Assembly: GCA_002104945.1 (NCBI GenBank) | Contig: MCFH01000100.1 | Span: 9,091 to 73,090 of the forward strand | DNA from: Piromyces finnis finn | Taxonomy: Eukaryota; Fungi; Neocallimastigomycota | Direction of reading: 5' to 3' | DNA: 64,000 nt | Part shown: in pieces, positions 1-14,320 of the stretch | Layout of the letters: every line of letters starts with the position of its first letter | Position numbering within the stretch: the first letter of the stretch is position 1 | Made by a program: the position numbers and the translations under genes | Notes under the pieces: model-generated | Databases searched by the model: none | What the model saw: only the letters and a program-made list of their open reading frames with translations | What the model was told of the DNA's origin: nothing

Positions 1-2480
1 AATAACTAATGATTTAAAATACATCTTTTTCTTTTATTTAATTATAATAATTAGTAATCTTATTAAATAATTAAATTTTAAGAAAAGATACATTATCATA
101 TGGTTTTTATTAATTAAAACATAAACAATGTTTATTCATCATTACAATAATAATAAAATATCTTTATAATAATTATTATTTTTGTAATAGGAATGTAAAA
201 TAGTCACATTTATATTTTTAAAATTGTTGTAAAGTTTAAATACTATCAAATATTTTATAAGAATTACAAAATTATTCCGTTTTTTAATTCTAATACATTA
301 TAGTTTTATGCCCATATAAAATTTATCTTCTCCTGTTTTAATTCATTTTTAATACACACTTTTTGAATATTCGTTTAATCTAATTAATTATTAAATTTTA
401 AAAAAAAGGAAAATAAGAATTAAATATTAATATTTTTTTTAATAATTATAAAATATTAATTAATAAATAAACAAATATTAAAGCAAATTAAAATTATATT
501 ATCAACTTCACTATATACGTTCTTTTCAGATTAAAAAAGTACTTTTAATAATACGTTTTAACTCCTATCTTTGAAATTTAATAGCATTTATTGTTGTTAA
601 TAATTAAGAATAATAACTTTAATAAAATGTAATTTTATATAGGATAGCAATTGTAATAATGGTTTATAAAAGTATATATAAGAAGCATTTGTTTTCTTGA
701 TTCTTTTATTATTTTAAAATTGAATTTTATTATTTAAATCTTTTCTCAATTTAATAATCGAAAATCCAAAAATCAAAATTTAATAATACTTAAAAAAGAT
801 ATTTCTATAAAATATTTAAATATAAATTATTTAAATATATATTGTTTAAATTTAAAGTATTTAAAAGAGTAATAAATTTCATCTATATTCCACGAATACT
901 AATCAAATCAAAAATAAAATGCCAAGTTCAAATTCAAATTCCGTTTTATTAAAAGCTACTGGTGCTAAAGTTGTTGCAAATTCTATAAAATCAAAAAATG
1001 GTATAACTAAAAATAAAATTAAAAGTAACATTAATCCATATGTTACTTGTAGCTGTGTCGTTCAATGAACAACGAATCAAACTAATAAAAAAATAATATA
1101 AAGACTTATTTATAATTTTAATTTTACAAATGAATAAATAAATAAAACATTTTTTTTTACTTTTTATCAATTACTATAATTTCATAATTTTAAATATATT
1201 TTAAAATACTCTCACATGTATATATAAATCCTTTTATATAATAAATTTAAATAGTAATAAAAATTATATTTTAATAATAAAATAAAATTAAAAAGTTTTA
1301 TTCAATAATTAAAATGGATTTTTTGTTTTTCTTATTATTAATGTATAAATATTTCATTTTACTTATTTATAAAATTATTTATTAGATAAAATATTTAAAA
1401 AACATTTTTTTTTTACAGTATAAATTTAATTAAGTATAATCAATGAAATGTTAAATTAGGATTATAAAATTACCAGTAACAATAATTGTAATTATTTTTT
1501 AAATTTTATTTATATTATATAAATGTATACATTAATTATATCAAAACAAACTTAAACTTTATTACAATAAATGTTTTTTTTTATAATAAAAAGTTAAAAA
1601 TAATAATTATTAAAAATAATTAATTTAACTAATAAAGAACATTTAAAAATAAATAAAATAAGTTTTTATTTTCTCAAAATATAAAATATAAATATATTAT
1701 TTTATCTTTTCTTCTCTTTAGCAACTTTTTTCTTTTTCGTATCTTCTACTTTTCCCACTAATTAATTTTAAATTTTAATATAAAATGTGGATTATTTTTA
1801 TTTTATTTTTTTTTATATTTATTAAACTTTTTAAAAAATAACAAAGAAAACTTTTTAATTAAAAAATTGACCAATAAACATTCAAAATCAATAATTAAAA
1901 GATCTTTAAAAAAAGTTTTAACTTTTACTAAAGCACTTCTAAATGAATTGATGAATTGTTATCTTTTAATTATATAATGTTATTATTATTAATTCTTTAT
2001 AATATTTTAATATTGATAAATTGTATTTTTATAAGAATATTTAATATATTTTATTAACTAATTAATTATATTAATTAATACTTAAAGTATTAGTATTACC
2101 TAAAGTTTTCTTATTTTAATTAAGCTTTGAGTGTTTTTAATATACCATATATATAAAAATAATATATAATTATTATATATTATTATCAATATTTTAATAT
2201 CTTATTATTTATTATATATTGAATATCAATATTAAGGCATATTAAAACATTTTATAAATAGTATTAAGATTAAAAAAATAAAACATTATTTATGAAAATT
2301 GGTTTAATCATAATAATGCATTGTCACAACTATTTAATCATATTATTCATTATTTTAAGAAGAATAACTTATAATTTGAAAATGCACCCTTTTATTTAAT
2401 TATAATATAACTTGTAACCTTATTTAATAATTTAATTTTTATAAAGATACATTATTACATGTATTTTATTAACTAAAAAT
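1..2480 (+). repeat. Segmental repeat around peptide copy 1 (end of block A, block B with peptide gene, then block A again)
   Basis: 1-130 matches 33880-33990. About 130-1600 matches 33990-35500 and 18400-19680. About 1640-2480 matches 17540-18380 and 33170-33990. Confidence 0.8.
919..1068 (+). CDS. Short CaaX-terminated peptide, copy 1 (49 aa; putative lipopeptide pheromone precursor)
   Basis: ATG 919 to TGA 1068 reads MPSSNSNSVLLKATGAKVVANSIKSKNGITKNKIKSNINPYVTCSCVVQ*. It ends in CVVQ (CaaX). The frame and last 15 aa are conserved in two other copies. It is below the ORF-track length cutoff. Confidence 0.8.
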   Translation: MPSSNSNSVLLKATGAKVVANSIKSKNGITKNKIKSNINPYVTCSCVVQ

Positions 2481-4979
2481 TAAAATATGAACATATCATC
2501 TTATTATGAAAAAATATAAATACATTTAGTTTTCGTTTGTTAAATCAATGTAATTGTTTTTTAATATTTTTAATTTTATTTTTTTAACTATTAATTAATA
2601 TATAGTTAATAATACTTTTAAGAGTTAATTAATAAAATGTTTTAAAAATAAAAATTTTAATGTTTATTTTTTATTTTTGTGTTAATAAAATAGTTTTAAT
2701 TATAATATCTGTTTTAACTTTATACTTTTACATTTTTAGTATAATTTTTATTATTTAATTATTTATTTAAATTAGTATTAAATTAGTTTTGTTTGTTTCA
2801 TATTAAATATATGTATAATTAAATAGAATAATATATTAAAAATGAAAGTTAAAATACTTTTAATATTATATAGTTATCAATGATTTAAAAGGTGTTATAT
2901 ACTTTTTTTATTTTATAGAGAATCCTAAACCATTGTAATTCAAAACCTTTATAATTTATTTATTATAAAGAAATAAACAATAAATCAGTAAAAATACATT
3001 ATAATAATTAGGTTCAAGGATAATAATTTTTATATTGAATAATTTATTGTCCTTTTTTTTTTTTTTTTGTAAAAAGTATTTATTTCGAGTTTTTAATATA
3101 TATATTTTAAATATATAATTAATAATCTTTTATAAAAAATTTAAAATAAGTAATGAAATATTTTATTTTTGTTTTTTTTAATAAATAAAGGTAAATAGAG
3201 CATTTAATTATGAATTTATTATATATATAATGATTTATATATAAAGTTTTTTATTAATCATTAGCTATTAATTTAAAAATTTATTAAAAATAATATATAT
3301 TTCATTTTTTAAAAATATTATTAATATAAAAAAAATAAAACATAATGTATGGTGTCAAATAAACTTTCATGATTGTTTAATAACTATATTCATTGAATTA
3401 CTAACATTTAACCCTTTGAACCAATATTTAAATCGATCCTTTGTTACAACGGTATAATGCTAGCACTCTTGCCTATAGATTTATTACTAAACTAATCAAA
3501 AAGTAACTTTATAGAGCTACTAATGGTAAAGAATGTTTTAGTATGACAAGTCACAAAACACTTTATATATATAAAGCATAAGAACGTGATGATCTATAAA
3601 GCTATTACAAATATTCTAAAATTAATGATAAAAAGAATGTTTATTATGATCACAGCATATTCACAAGGCTTGGAATAACTCTATTAATTATCAATTATAA
3701 TGCTGAAGGTATTCTCAAAATTCGAATAGTTCATATAATTCCTAAGTTTAAATGAAGCTTATTATAGCCAATAAGTATTAACAAAATAATAAGTTTTGTT
3801 CGTATAATAAAGGTATTATTATTTAACATATTATAACAAAAATTATTAGTATTTCATAAAATATCAGTGTTGATGAGTTAAAGTACTGTATTATTTTTTT
3901 ATAATCGATTAAAAAGGCAAAAAAAAATAAATAAAAACAATTTTAATGATTTTAAAAAATGTATTGTTTATTTACAGTAGAATATAATGTGGTTCTAATA
4001 ATTAAAGTAATAATCATTAGATGATACTGAAACCTTGTATTATGAAATTATATTTTAATAAAGTAATTATTAAAATAATAACAATTAGTTTGTGTATTAA
4101 AACTTCAGGTATTTTATTTGTAAATATAAAAAGTATTTTATGTAAAAATTTTTAATTTTTTTAAAAATATTAAAGGGTTAGTATGAATGAGAACAATAAA
4201 AAGAAAAAGAAAAAAAAAACTTTCTATTAATGTTATTAATTATAAATAATTTACATAGTAGCAATGTTTACAGTGAAAACTTTCTACGAAAGAAACAAAA
4301 TTTTCAGTATTACTTTTTTACGACTTTTTAGACTATATTGTTAATACTGTAGATAAAATATTATACACTTGATCAAGTGGTATCTTGTGGGAAACTAATA
4401 CTAATGCAATAAATTATAAATACTAAAGATAACAAATTATTCAACTATGAACGTAGAATTAAATATGAAACTGATATAAATATTAAAGTTTTTTTTGTTT
4501 AACTGTGAAAATAGTATTGAATTAGAAATCGATAAAAGTGTTAATGTTTTTTTTATTGTTATTTATGATAATAAACTATACTATTTTACTATTGGTAAAA
4601 GTTATTTATAAAACTAAATTATTAATTATCTGGTCCAGTTAATGGTGGGAATGAGAAATTATTTATTGAATTTGAAGATACAGTAACAAAAATGAAACCT
4701 GATATGAATTTATTAGTTAATTTCTTTAATATTTCATTATTTCTTAATTGATATTATTAGTTTATAGCTTTAATTATTAATTATAAAATAATATTATTTA
4801 TATTAAACATCATTTATCAATTTTTATAATTAAATTATAAAATAAAAACAACAACAATAATAGTAATAATAAAATAATGATGTTGCTATCATTATAAAAG
4901 ATTTTGATTTCAAATAAATCTTCATTTTTTTAAATAATGAGATAAACCTTTCTCCATAGGTTTTTATAATCCAGATAGG

Positions 4980-5025
4980 TAATTTCTTTGAGAAATATTA
5001 ATACATTTATTTCTCAAAGAAATTA
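4980..5025. repeat. Perfect 18-bp inverted repeat with 10-nt loop
   Basis: TAATTTCTTTGAGAAATA-ttaatacatt-TATTTCTCAAAGAAATTA. Confidence 0.85.
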
Positions 5026-5519
5026 ATTTATAATTTTCAAAGTTTTTTTATTATGACTTTTCTTTTCAAAATTTCAAAAAATAATATTAATTTCAAATGA
5101 GCTTTCAGAAAAGTAGACAATAAACATTAAAATAATTATTTCATATAATATAACTATTTTGTTTAAACACAAATTGGTATATTAGTGTATATATATAAGA
5201 AAACTAAATATTTAAGCTTTTTATATTATAAATCTGTATTGCTCTTAGAAAATTTTTTTTAGCTAAAATGTTTGTCAAAAATTAGTGTAGTAATTAATAA
5301 ATATCTTATTATAAAAATAATAAAAAAAAATATTAAAAACCAATAGTACTAAACTAAATTATAAATAATTCTATTTAGTATCATTGGTTCTTTATTTGTT
5401 GGTATTCAATACCGAAAGTAAAAGTAATGTCTAATAATATTTAAAAACGGTTTTAAATAGTTCAAAGTGAATTAATAGCTATTTTTGATCGTAAGTAGTT
5501 AAGAAAGTGATTGTAATTT

Positions 5520-6650
5520 CAGAAGAATTATTGATTATTACTGTGCAGGCGGTGATACATGCACTCAAACATATGAATATGTTAAAGATGAAACCTTAGA
5601 TTCAACCGCCGGTACATTTTATTCAGAAAGTTCAATTATCAGTACTCAAGTTTCAGCTTTCGATATCTGTACAACTGGTAAAATAACTTGAACTAATACT
5701 AATGATGCAAGATTCTGTTTTGGTATTAAGGGTAGGGACAATACTCCTTTAGATATTAATATAACTACTGTTAAAAAGAAGAATATTTTTGGAATTGTAG
5801 ATAAATATTTTTGATATTACCACTGAATATGTTACTGTAAAAGTCACTGATAACACAATTGCTTTAGATAAATCTGTTCCAGATAAATTAACTGTATAGA
5901 ATTTAGTTTTTATTTGTTCCAAGTACTCATTATTAATTTTTTTTTATCTTTTTTTATTAAATAAGATTAAATAAATATTAAATTACATTTAACAAATGAT
6001 ATTTATAAAAATAGCGATAGGAGCAGAGCACAAGCAAAAAAAAATTGCAAACCAATTACTATAGGCTCAACTGATCCAACGAAATGTAATATACTATTAA
6101 TCTATTATTAATCTATTGTTAATATTAATTTTAATGATTAAAATTTGGATTCATAATAACTTTATAAAATAAATTTTTTAAAATATAAAATCATAATAGG
6201 TACTAATGGTGTTAAATATTTCCTTGCTAAGAAAAATAATAATGGATTAACTAATGATATTTCAGTCAATGATTTATATATATGTAGAACTAGAGTATGT
6301 AAATAAGCAATCAACAGTTACTGGTTATCTTTTGTATGCTGAAATCTACTACAAACTTCAATAATATATATATTAAATGTACATCAGCCGTAGGAAGAAT
6401 AAATTCTTGTACTTTATTTCCTAATTCCACTACAGGCGATAGTTGTAGTTGTAACTCTGTTAAATTAATTCAATCAACTATTGATAATTACAGAATTATA
6501 TTGAAGGTGCTGCTTTTAAAGTATTAGATACAAAAGATAAATTTATTATTAGTGCTGCTGATACTACAAATGAATTTGTTGGAGGAATAAATGGTCATTT
6601 CATTGTCATTACAAATGAAAATAATAACATTCTCTATAGCATTGGTGATA
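5520..6650 (+). pseudogene. Decayed fungal-scaffoldin-like repeat exons
   Basis: Frameshifted, stop-containing segments with Cys/Gly/Tyr repeat character, e.g. YIKCTSAVGRINSC...CSCNSVKLI, ARFCFGIKG, DKFIISAADTTNEFVGGING. Boundaries approximate. Confidence 0.5.
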
Positions 6651-6689
6651 ATTTATTTATTTATATGTAAAAGACTTTTAAATTTAAAA

Positions 6690-6925
6690 ATAGTTTAATA
6701 CCATCTTTTTTTCCATTTACAAAAAATGTTGTTTTAACATTTTCTTTTTTAAGAATATCTAATATACTTTCGGTATATAAAACATCTGGACCATCCTCAA
6801 ATGTTAATGTAATTTCTCCTGGATTACTACAATGATTATATGTTTCAATGTTAACAGCGGTTTCTGCATTAACATTATAATAACTTTATTACAATGTAAT
6901 TTAAAAAAGAGTAAACTTTAATGTA
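6690..6925 (-). pseudogene. N-terminal fragment of CE4/NodB polysaccharide (chitin) deacetylase
   Basis: Minus strand reads NHCSNPGEITLTFEDGPDVLYTESILDILKKENVKTTFFVNG (motif 1 TFDDGP-like plus TFFV-G). The preceding signal-peptide-like region is frameshifted, and the segment truncates after about 65 aa. Confidence 0.8.
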
Positions 6926-7344
6926 TATCAACTTTTTATCATAATTTTTACAATTTCTATAATAAATTTAAAATTAAAATAAAAAACCATATAATGAAAA
7001 TTACAATTATTATATTAATTATGTGGAATATAATATTTGATTATTATTGACATTATTTATTCTTAATTCATGTTTGAATGATATAAGCTAATATCAAATA
7101 ATTTATCATGCTTTATTTTTGATGAAAATAAGTGTGTAAAAGTTTCTAAATTTTAATTAATATTTATTTCTTACCAATTCACCTATTAAATGATTTTTTG
7201 ATCTTTATCGCAGTTAAATAAAATGATAATAGTAACTTTAAAAGTCTATAATTATCATTTAAGTTTTATTAATTAATATTTCAATAAATAAATTTTTACA
7301 AATTCTTAATTATAAAAAAATTACATATATCGAAGTTTACTTTA

Positions 7345-8560
7345 TTTTACTCCAGTAATAGTGTTCTCTTTATTAGTTTCATACATTGTAGTATCAATGA
7401 GATTGTAAGTTGATTCCGATAATGGTATCCCTTCTTTTGAAATACAAAGTTTCATTCTACTTTCAGTTAAGTTAATATTACCTTCATCACTTTTACCATT
7501 ACAAATTTTAGATTCATAATTTCCACATCCATTTTCATTACATGATGCTAAAGCTACTGTACTACCATATTTTATGAAACCAGAGGTAGGGGTACATTTT
7601 CCATTAACCCAATCATAAAGATAAACTGAACCAAGATCATCTGAAGTTAATGAATCAAATAAATTTAATAAATTCTTATAATATCTTCTTCATTTACTTT
7701 TTAAGGCAAAATTCCTGATTCAGTTAGTTCTTCAAATTTTTTACTTTTACGTTTATAAATTTTATTTTTTACTAAATAAGTTCCATCGTCTAATTATCAT
7801 TAATAATAAAATATTTTTTTTTCAATTAATACTGTATTCTTTGAAAATTATTTTTATTATTATAATATTTAATTTAATATATTTAAATACTAACCAACAT
7901 TTTCCTGTACTTCAGATCTTTCACATACACAATCCTCACATTCATATAAAGTATTTAAAATTGTACCGCTAACATATTGTTCTTTTCTTGAAATTATTTT
8001 CTTTTCTTAATATTGACAAAATTTTTCATCTATTTATTTTTATAATAAATATTGTTTTTTATGATGAATAATTATTTCGATTAAATAAAATTAAATACAA
8101 TTTTATATAGTATTTTTATTTTTATATGAATAGTAAACACTAGAATAATTGTTATTGAAATAAATTTTGTTTACATCACGATTTAAAACAATAACATCTT
8201 TACAAGTGGCAACAGAAGAAAAGATTGAACCTGAATTTATATTTCCATCTAAGATATAATTTTGTTTTACACCAAATTCAACACTTTCACCTTCTACAGA
8301 TAAACAAACACCATGATCTTTGTATTGTAAACTAATGTTAGTATTTCCATCACATTCAACACCATTTCCTGCTTTACTACTGGAATATGATTTAATTTCG
8401 TAATAATCTTCTTTTTTCTTCTTCTTTAGTATAAGTTACTTTAATTTAACCTTCAGTTTATTTACAAATATTACCTTTCTTACAAAGATGCATAAATAAA
8501 CTTCCTTTCCATTTCTAATTGGATTTTCAGTTTCACCAGTTAATTTAATCTCACTTATTC
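7345..8560 (-). pseudogene. Decayed scaffoldin-like repeat exons (inverted)
   Basis: Minus-strand segments VYLYDWVNGKCTPTSGFIKYGSTVALASCNENGCGNYESKIC...MKLCISKEG, LYECEDCVCERSEVQENVG and GVCLSVEGESVEFG...NYIL, with frameshifts between them. Confidence 0.6.
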
Positions 8561-8570
8561 ATTTATTACA

Positions 8571-9350
8571 CTAAATCATGATAATTCTCCTGTAAACGAT
8601 TTGGAAAATTTAATTACTTATGTAAAAAGTTTAGGATATAAATTTGTTACAATAGATGAATGTATTGGTGTAAATGCTTATCAAGAAATTGATGAAGAGG
8701 ATACTTTATTAGTTAAAAGATTAAAAGATGAATATGATGAAGATTCTTTAGTTGCCTCGGCTAAAATTTTACAATCATTAATAACATCTAGAACAGCATA
8801 CCCAAGTATTATTGAATTTCTTGAAGATTATGATGATGATGATGTTGATATTGAAGATACCACTAAAATTTTCGAAGAACCAATTACAACAACTACTACC
8901 ACTACTACTACTACTACTACTACAGAAGAAACTACTTCTACCATTACTACTGAAATATTAGGTAAGGGATACTTTATTAATAATGATAAAAAGTTAATTA
9001 ATTGTAATGGTAGTACTTGTGGAAATGTTATTAATGAAATTGGTTACTTCATAAATAATGAAACTTACATTAAATTAATAAAGGATCTGAAATTGAATGT
9101 GCCAATGCTGAAACTGTAATCGGAGATAATTGTGAAATTGGTAAATTAATTACTGGGGATATTGTTAAACTTTGTGTTGATGGTGTAAAAAATAAAGCTA
9201 TTATTATCTTCACAGAAGGTGATAACAAAAAATACTTTATCAAGGCATCTGTATTAAATACTAGTGTTAGTGAAGAATCTGAAGAATCTCAAAAGTATTA
9301 CATAATTAATGTCGCTGAAAAAGAAGTTTTAACTGAAACTGATATTACTG
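8571..9350 (+). pseudogene. CE4 deacetylase C-terminus + Thr-rich linker + scaffoldin-like repeats (fragment, one frameshift near 9070)
   Basis: LNHD...LGYKFVTIDECIG (CE4 motif 5 and end), a poly-Thr linker, then GYFINNDKKLINCNGSTC...GYFINN and, after the shift, IECANA...NCEIGKLI...VKLCVDG...KKYFI. Ends at a GT donor at 9351. Confidence 0.7.
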
Positions 9351-9401
9351 GTAATTAAATAATATTTTTAAATGGATAAAATTAATATAAAAATTATATA
9401 G

Positions 9402-9580
9402 GTAAAGCACAAAAAGAAAATATTAATGTTGCTAAATATTTAATTGAAGATAGAAAAATAAATATTAATATTAAAAATAGAAATGGAGAAATACCATTAC
9501 ATTCATGTATTCAAGGGTATGAAAATGATATAAAATATTTAATTAAATACACCAACTTAAAATATTTGAATTTAATATGA
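9402..9580 (+). pseudogene. Ankyrin-repeat fragment
   Basis: KAQKENINVAKYLIEDRKININIKNRNGEIPLHSCIQGYENDIKYLIK closely resembles AQKENVNLVKYLIENEKIDVNIQD in the ankyrin gene at 49.7-50.5 kb. Confidence 0.65.
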
Positions 9581-9662
9581 AATAATAAATTTAATAATAC
9601 ACTAGTCAAACTATCATATTATTTAAAAAATTCATCATAACGAATTAACTATCTTAATATCT

Positions 9663-10580
<918 letters not shown>

Positions 10581-10739
10581 ATAATAGTTCAGTAATTGTT
10601 AAAGCTTTAATTTTCTACTTTCAAATAATATTCTTGTTTAATTTAATTTTTTATAACTATAATTGGTATTAGAAATAATTACCATTTTAATATTCAAAAA
10701 AAAAAAAAAAAAACTTTTTATTTAATTTGGAATACTAAT

Positions 10740-11330
10740 AGTTACTAATAGATGGGATTACTAGAAAAGATTACTCTATTCGACATTTCTCTATTCGTTA
10801 TTTTTCATATTCAAAAAACTATAAATAGCTTACTATTAAAAATTATATATATTTTTTTCCAAAAGATGACAAATCTACTCCTAATATAAGAAATTTATAT
10901 TTAAGTATTTACAATATATCAAGCTTCATATGAAATACTATTCATGTAAGTATAGATATAATTTTTATCAACAAACATCACTTAAATTAAGGAATTACTT
11001 GGATTATTCCTATTCGATTCGATTATGAAAACACTACCAGAGTTGTTATTACTAGTAATAGAGTTATTCCTGACTACCCTTGTGTCTGTCCATGTTGCCG
11101 GTAGGATGAACAATCTTTTTATCATTGGATTTTAGAATGTTTTGCATTCTTTGAATATTGAACTTCTTCACTCAGCTTTCATTATGATATTTTTACCCTT
11201 TTTTATATTTATATTTTTATTTATTATTATTATTATGTCAAATCCATTATCACTTAATACAATATAAAGTAATATCACAAATTAAATAAATAAATATAAG
11301 AAGTATGTTCTCTTCCTAGTCTAAAAAAAA
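10740..11330 (+). mobile_element. Decayed non-LTR retrotransposon (LINE) 3' end
   Basis: Encodes CPCCR*DEQSFYHWILEC (C-x2-C-x8-H-x4-C zinc knuckle) and ends in an A-run at 11323-11330. Homologous to 32123-32828 but lacks its ~340-bp middle. Confidence 0.7.
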
Positions 11331-11863
11331 TAAAGTATTTTTAAAATTTATTTTTTCTGTTATCCGCGGATATTGGATTATATGTTTTCAATAAATTATA
11401 TTAATAGTAAATATCTCAGTTTACAGAAAATATTATAGTATTAAATAATGAACAAACTTTTTTAAAAATATTGAAAGAAAAAAGATTGATTATTCTATAC
11501 GAAACCCTCAACATGATACTTTTTATTTATTTATTTATTTATAATAATTATAATGATAATAAAAAAAATGAAATGGCTTTTTACAATAAAAACTAAAATA
11601 TTCTATTATATAACTATTTTTCATATTCTTTGATTTAATAAATTTATTTATACTATAGATGAATATAATATTTATTTTTAAAGAATAGAAATAAAATTAA
11701 ATTTAATTCATAAAAAATGGAAATGTAATTATTTCAAATATAATTGAATGATTTATACAATAAGCACTTGTGAAGAGTAATGTTACTCGTATCTGAAGTT
11801 TTATAATTTAGACTGCAACAAAAATAATAGATTTAGTTTAATCAATTTTAATTATATATAGTA

Positions 11864-11894
<31 letters not shown>

Positions 11895-12299
11895 TTAAAT
11901 AAAAAATATTATCTACAAAAATACTTGGAATTAATAAATAAAAGATAACAAAAGTATTCAATAAAAAAATATATATATTTATTTTCGTTTTAATTTTCAG
12001 AAATTTTAAATATATATTAAGAATTATAAATAAATTAACAATATTTTATATTTATATTTAAATTTAATAATGTTGGTACTCTTAATGCTACAAATTTTAT
12101 ATATATATACATAGAAACTAAAAAATGAGAAATGATAGTAAACATTTCTTTTAGAATGTAAGAATGGATAACTATACTCTTCAAATTAATGGGAATACAT
12201 TAAAATTATAAAACTTATTGAGAAGTATAGTAATTTCTTGCTTTCACTACCAATCATAGAATATAATAAAATAATAAATAAAATTATTAACAATTTTTA

Positions 12300-13097
<798 letters not shown>

Positions 13098-14300
13098 AAA
13101 CCAATAATAGAGGATATGTAAGATACATCTAAGCATTTTAAGTATTGATCAAATAGAATCATTTAAATTTATCTGATACATTATTACATTATTAATTATG
13201 TATACAGAAATTTTAAAAATAATTGTACAATTGTAAAACTATTATTCCACATTTTGCCACTAAATTTATTTATTGAAAATTCATAGAGAATTCTTCTTTA
13301 ATATAATTTATATATATTAAAATCTCTGGTATTACAAATTATTGTTTTTTTTGTATTTTTACCCCGGTGTTATGAACTAACGTTTATTTATATTTATTAT
13401 TCAATTTATATATTTTGGTTATTATATAATTTCTATTATTTAAAATAAATAAAATTATTATTAAATGCATATTGCTTTTAAAAAGAGCATTTATTTTATT
13501 ATATAAAAAAGACAATATTAGTTTTTATTTTTTTCCTAAAATAGAGGTTTAAAAAAATATATAAAGTCTATTCTCCATAATTGTCTTTTTTCTTTAACTA
13601 TATTAAATAGGTCAAAAATATCTTCCAATAATAAAAATAAATATAATTAATTAAATAAATAAAATAATATATGTGTATGTATATATTAATTTATATTATA
13701 TAATATAATAGAAAATATTTAAAATGGTCTTTTATAGTATGGCCTATGGCTTATTATGAATTTAATTAATACATAATATATAGTTAATATTTGAATAATA
13801 ATATTATAACCAATATGACTATATAATCAAATATCAAATATTTATAATATTATTTTCATTTTGGAAAATAATAGTACAAATTTCAAAATATTTTATATTT
13901 TTTGTTAATTATAAAAATAAATAAATAAATAACTTCTTTAATACAAAATTCAACAACACATTAACATAAACTAACATAAGCATTCCTATAAAATATATAA
14001 AATATATAAAATTTTAATCCATTATTATTTTATTTAGTAAAGAGAAATAGAATTTTAAAAGAATAAAAGTTTCTATGTTTATTTTGTTTATTTAATAGAT
14101 TATTAAAATATTTTTAAAATTACTTTCTTTTTAATTTTTAAAATTAGTTTAATTATATATATTATATATAATGTAAAGCAATTATAGTTAAATGATCCAT
14201 TTATTCATTTATACATACATTTCATAATATATTAAATAATAAAAAAATATTTATATATAATTAACTTTTTTGATCTTTTATTATATCACATTAATTAATT

Positions 14301-14320
14301 CGAGAACCAGACCGCCAGTA
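14301..14320 (+). promoter_or_regulatory. Conserved GC-rich motif upstream of homeodomain gene a
   Basis: CGAGAACCAGACCGCCAGTA, identical at 23482-23501 and 18/20 at 28012-28031. It lies 1.03-1.13 kb upstream of each homeodomain ATG. Confidence 0.5.

Noticed and set aside
1840-1849. AACAAAGAAA (exact Ste11 TR-box) in block A at 1840, 17726, 33318 and 51638
   Set aside because: About one chance match is expected in 64 kb of this composition, the copies derive from one duplicated block, and they lie over 1.2 kb from the peptide ATGs.
3340-4760. Slightly GC-richer, coding-like patches (GKECFSMTSHK...IVHIIPKFK; SGPVNGGNEKLFIEFED)
   Set aside because: Many stops and only a vague resemblance to Ty1/copia pol or other proteins; cannot be assigned without a search.
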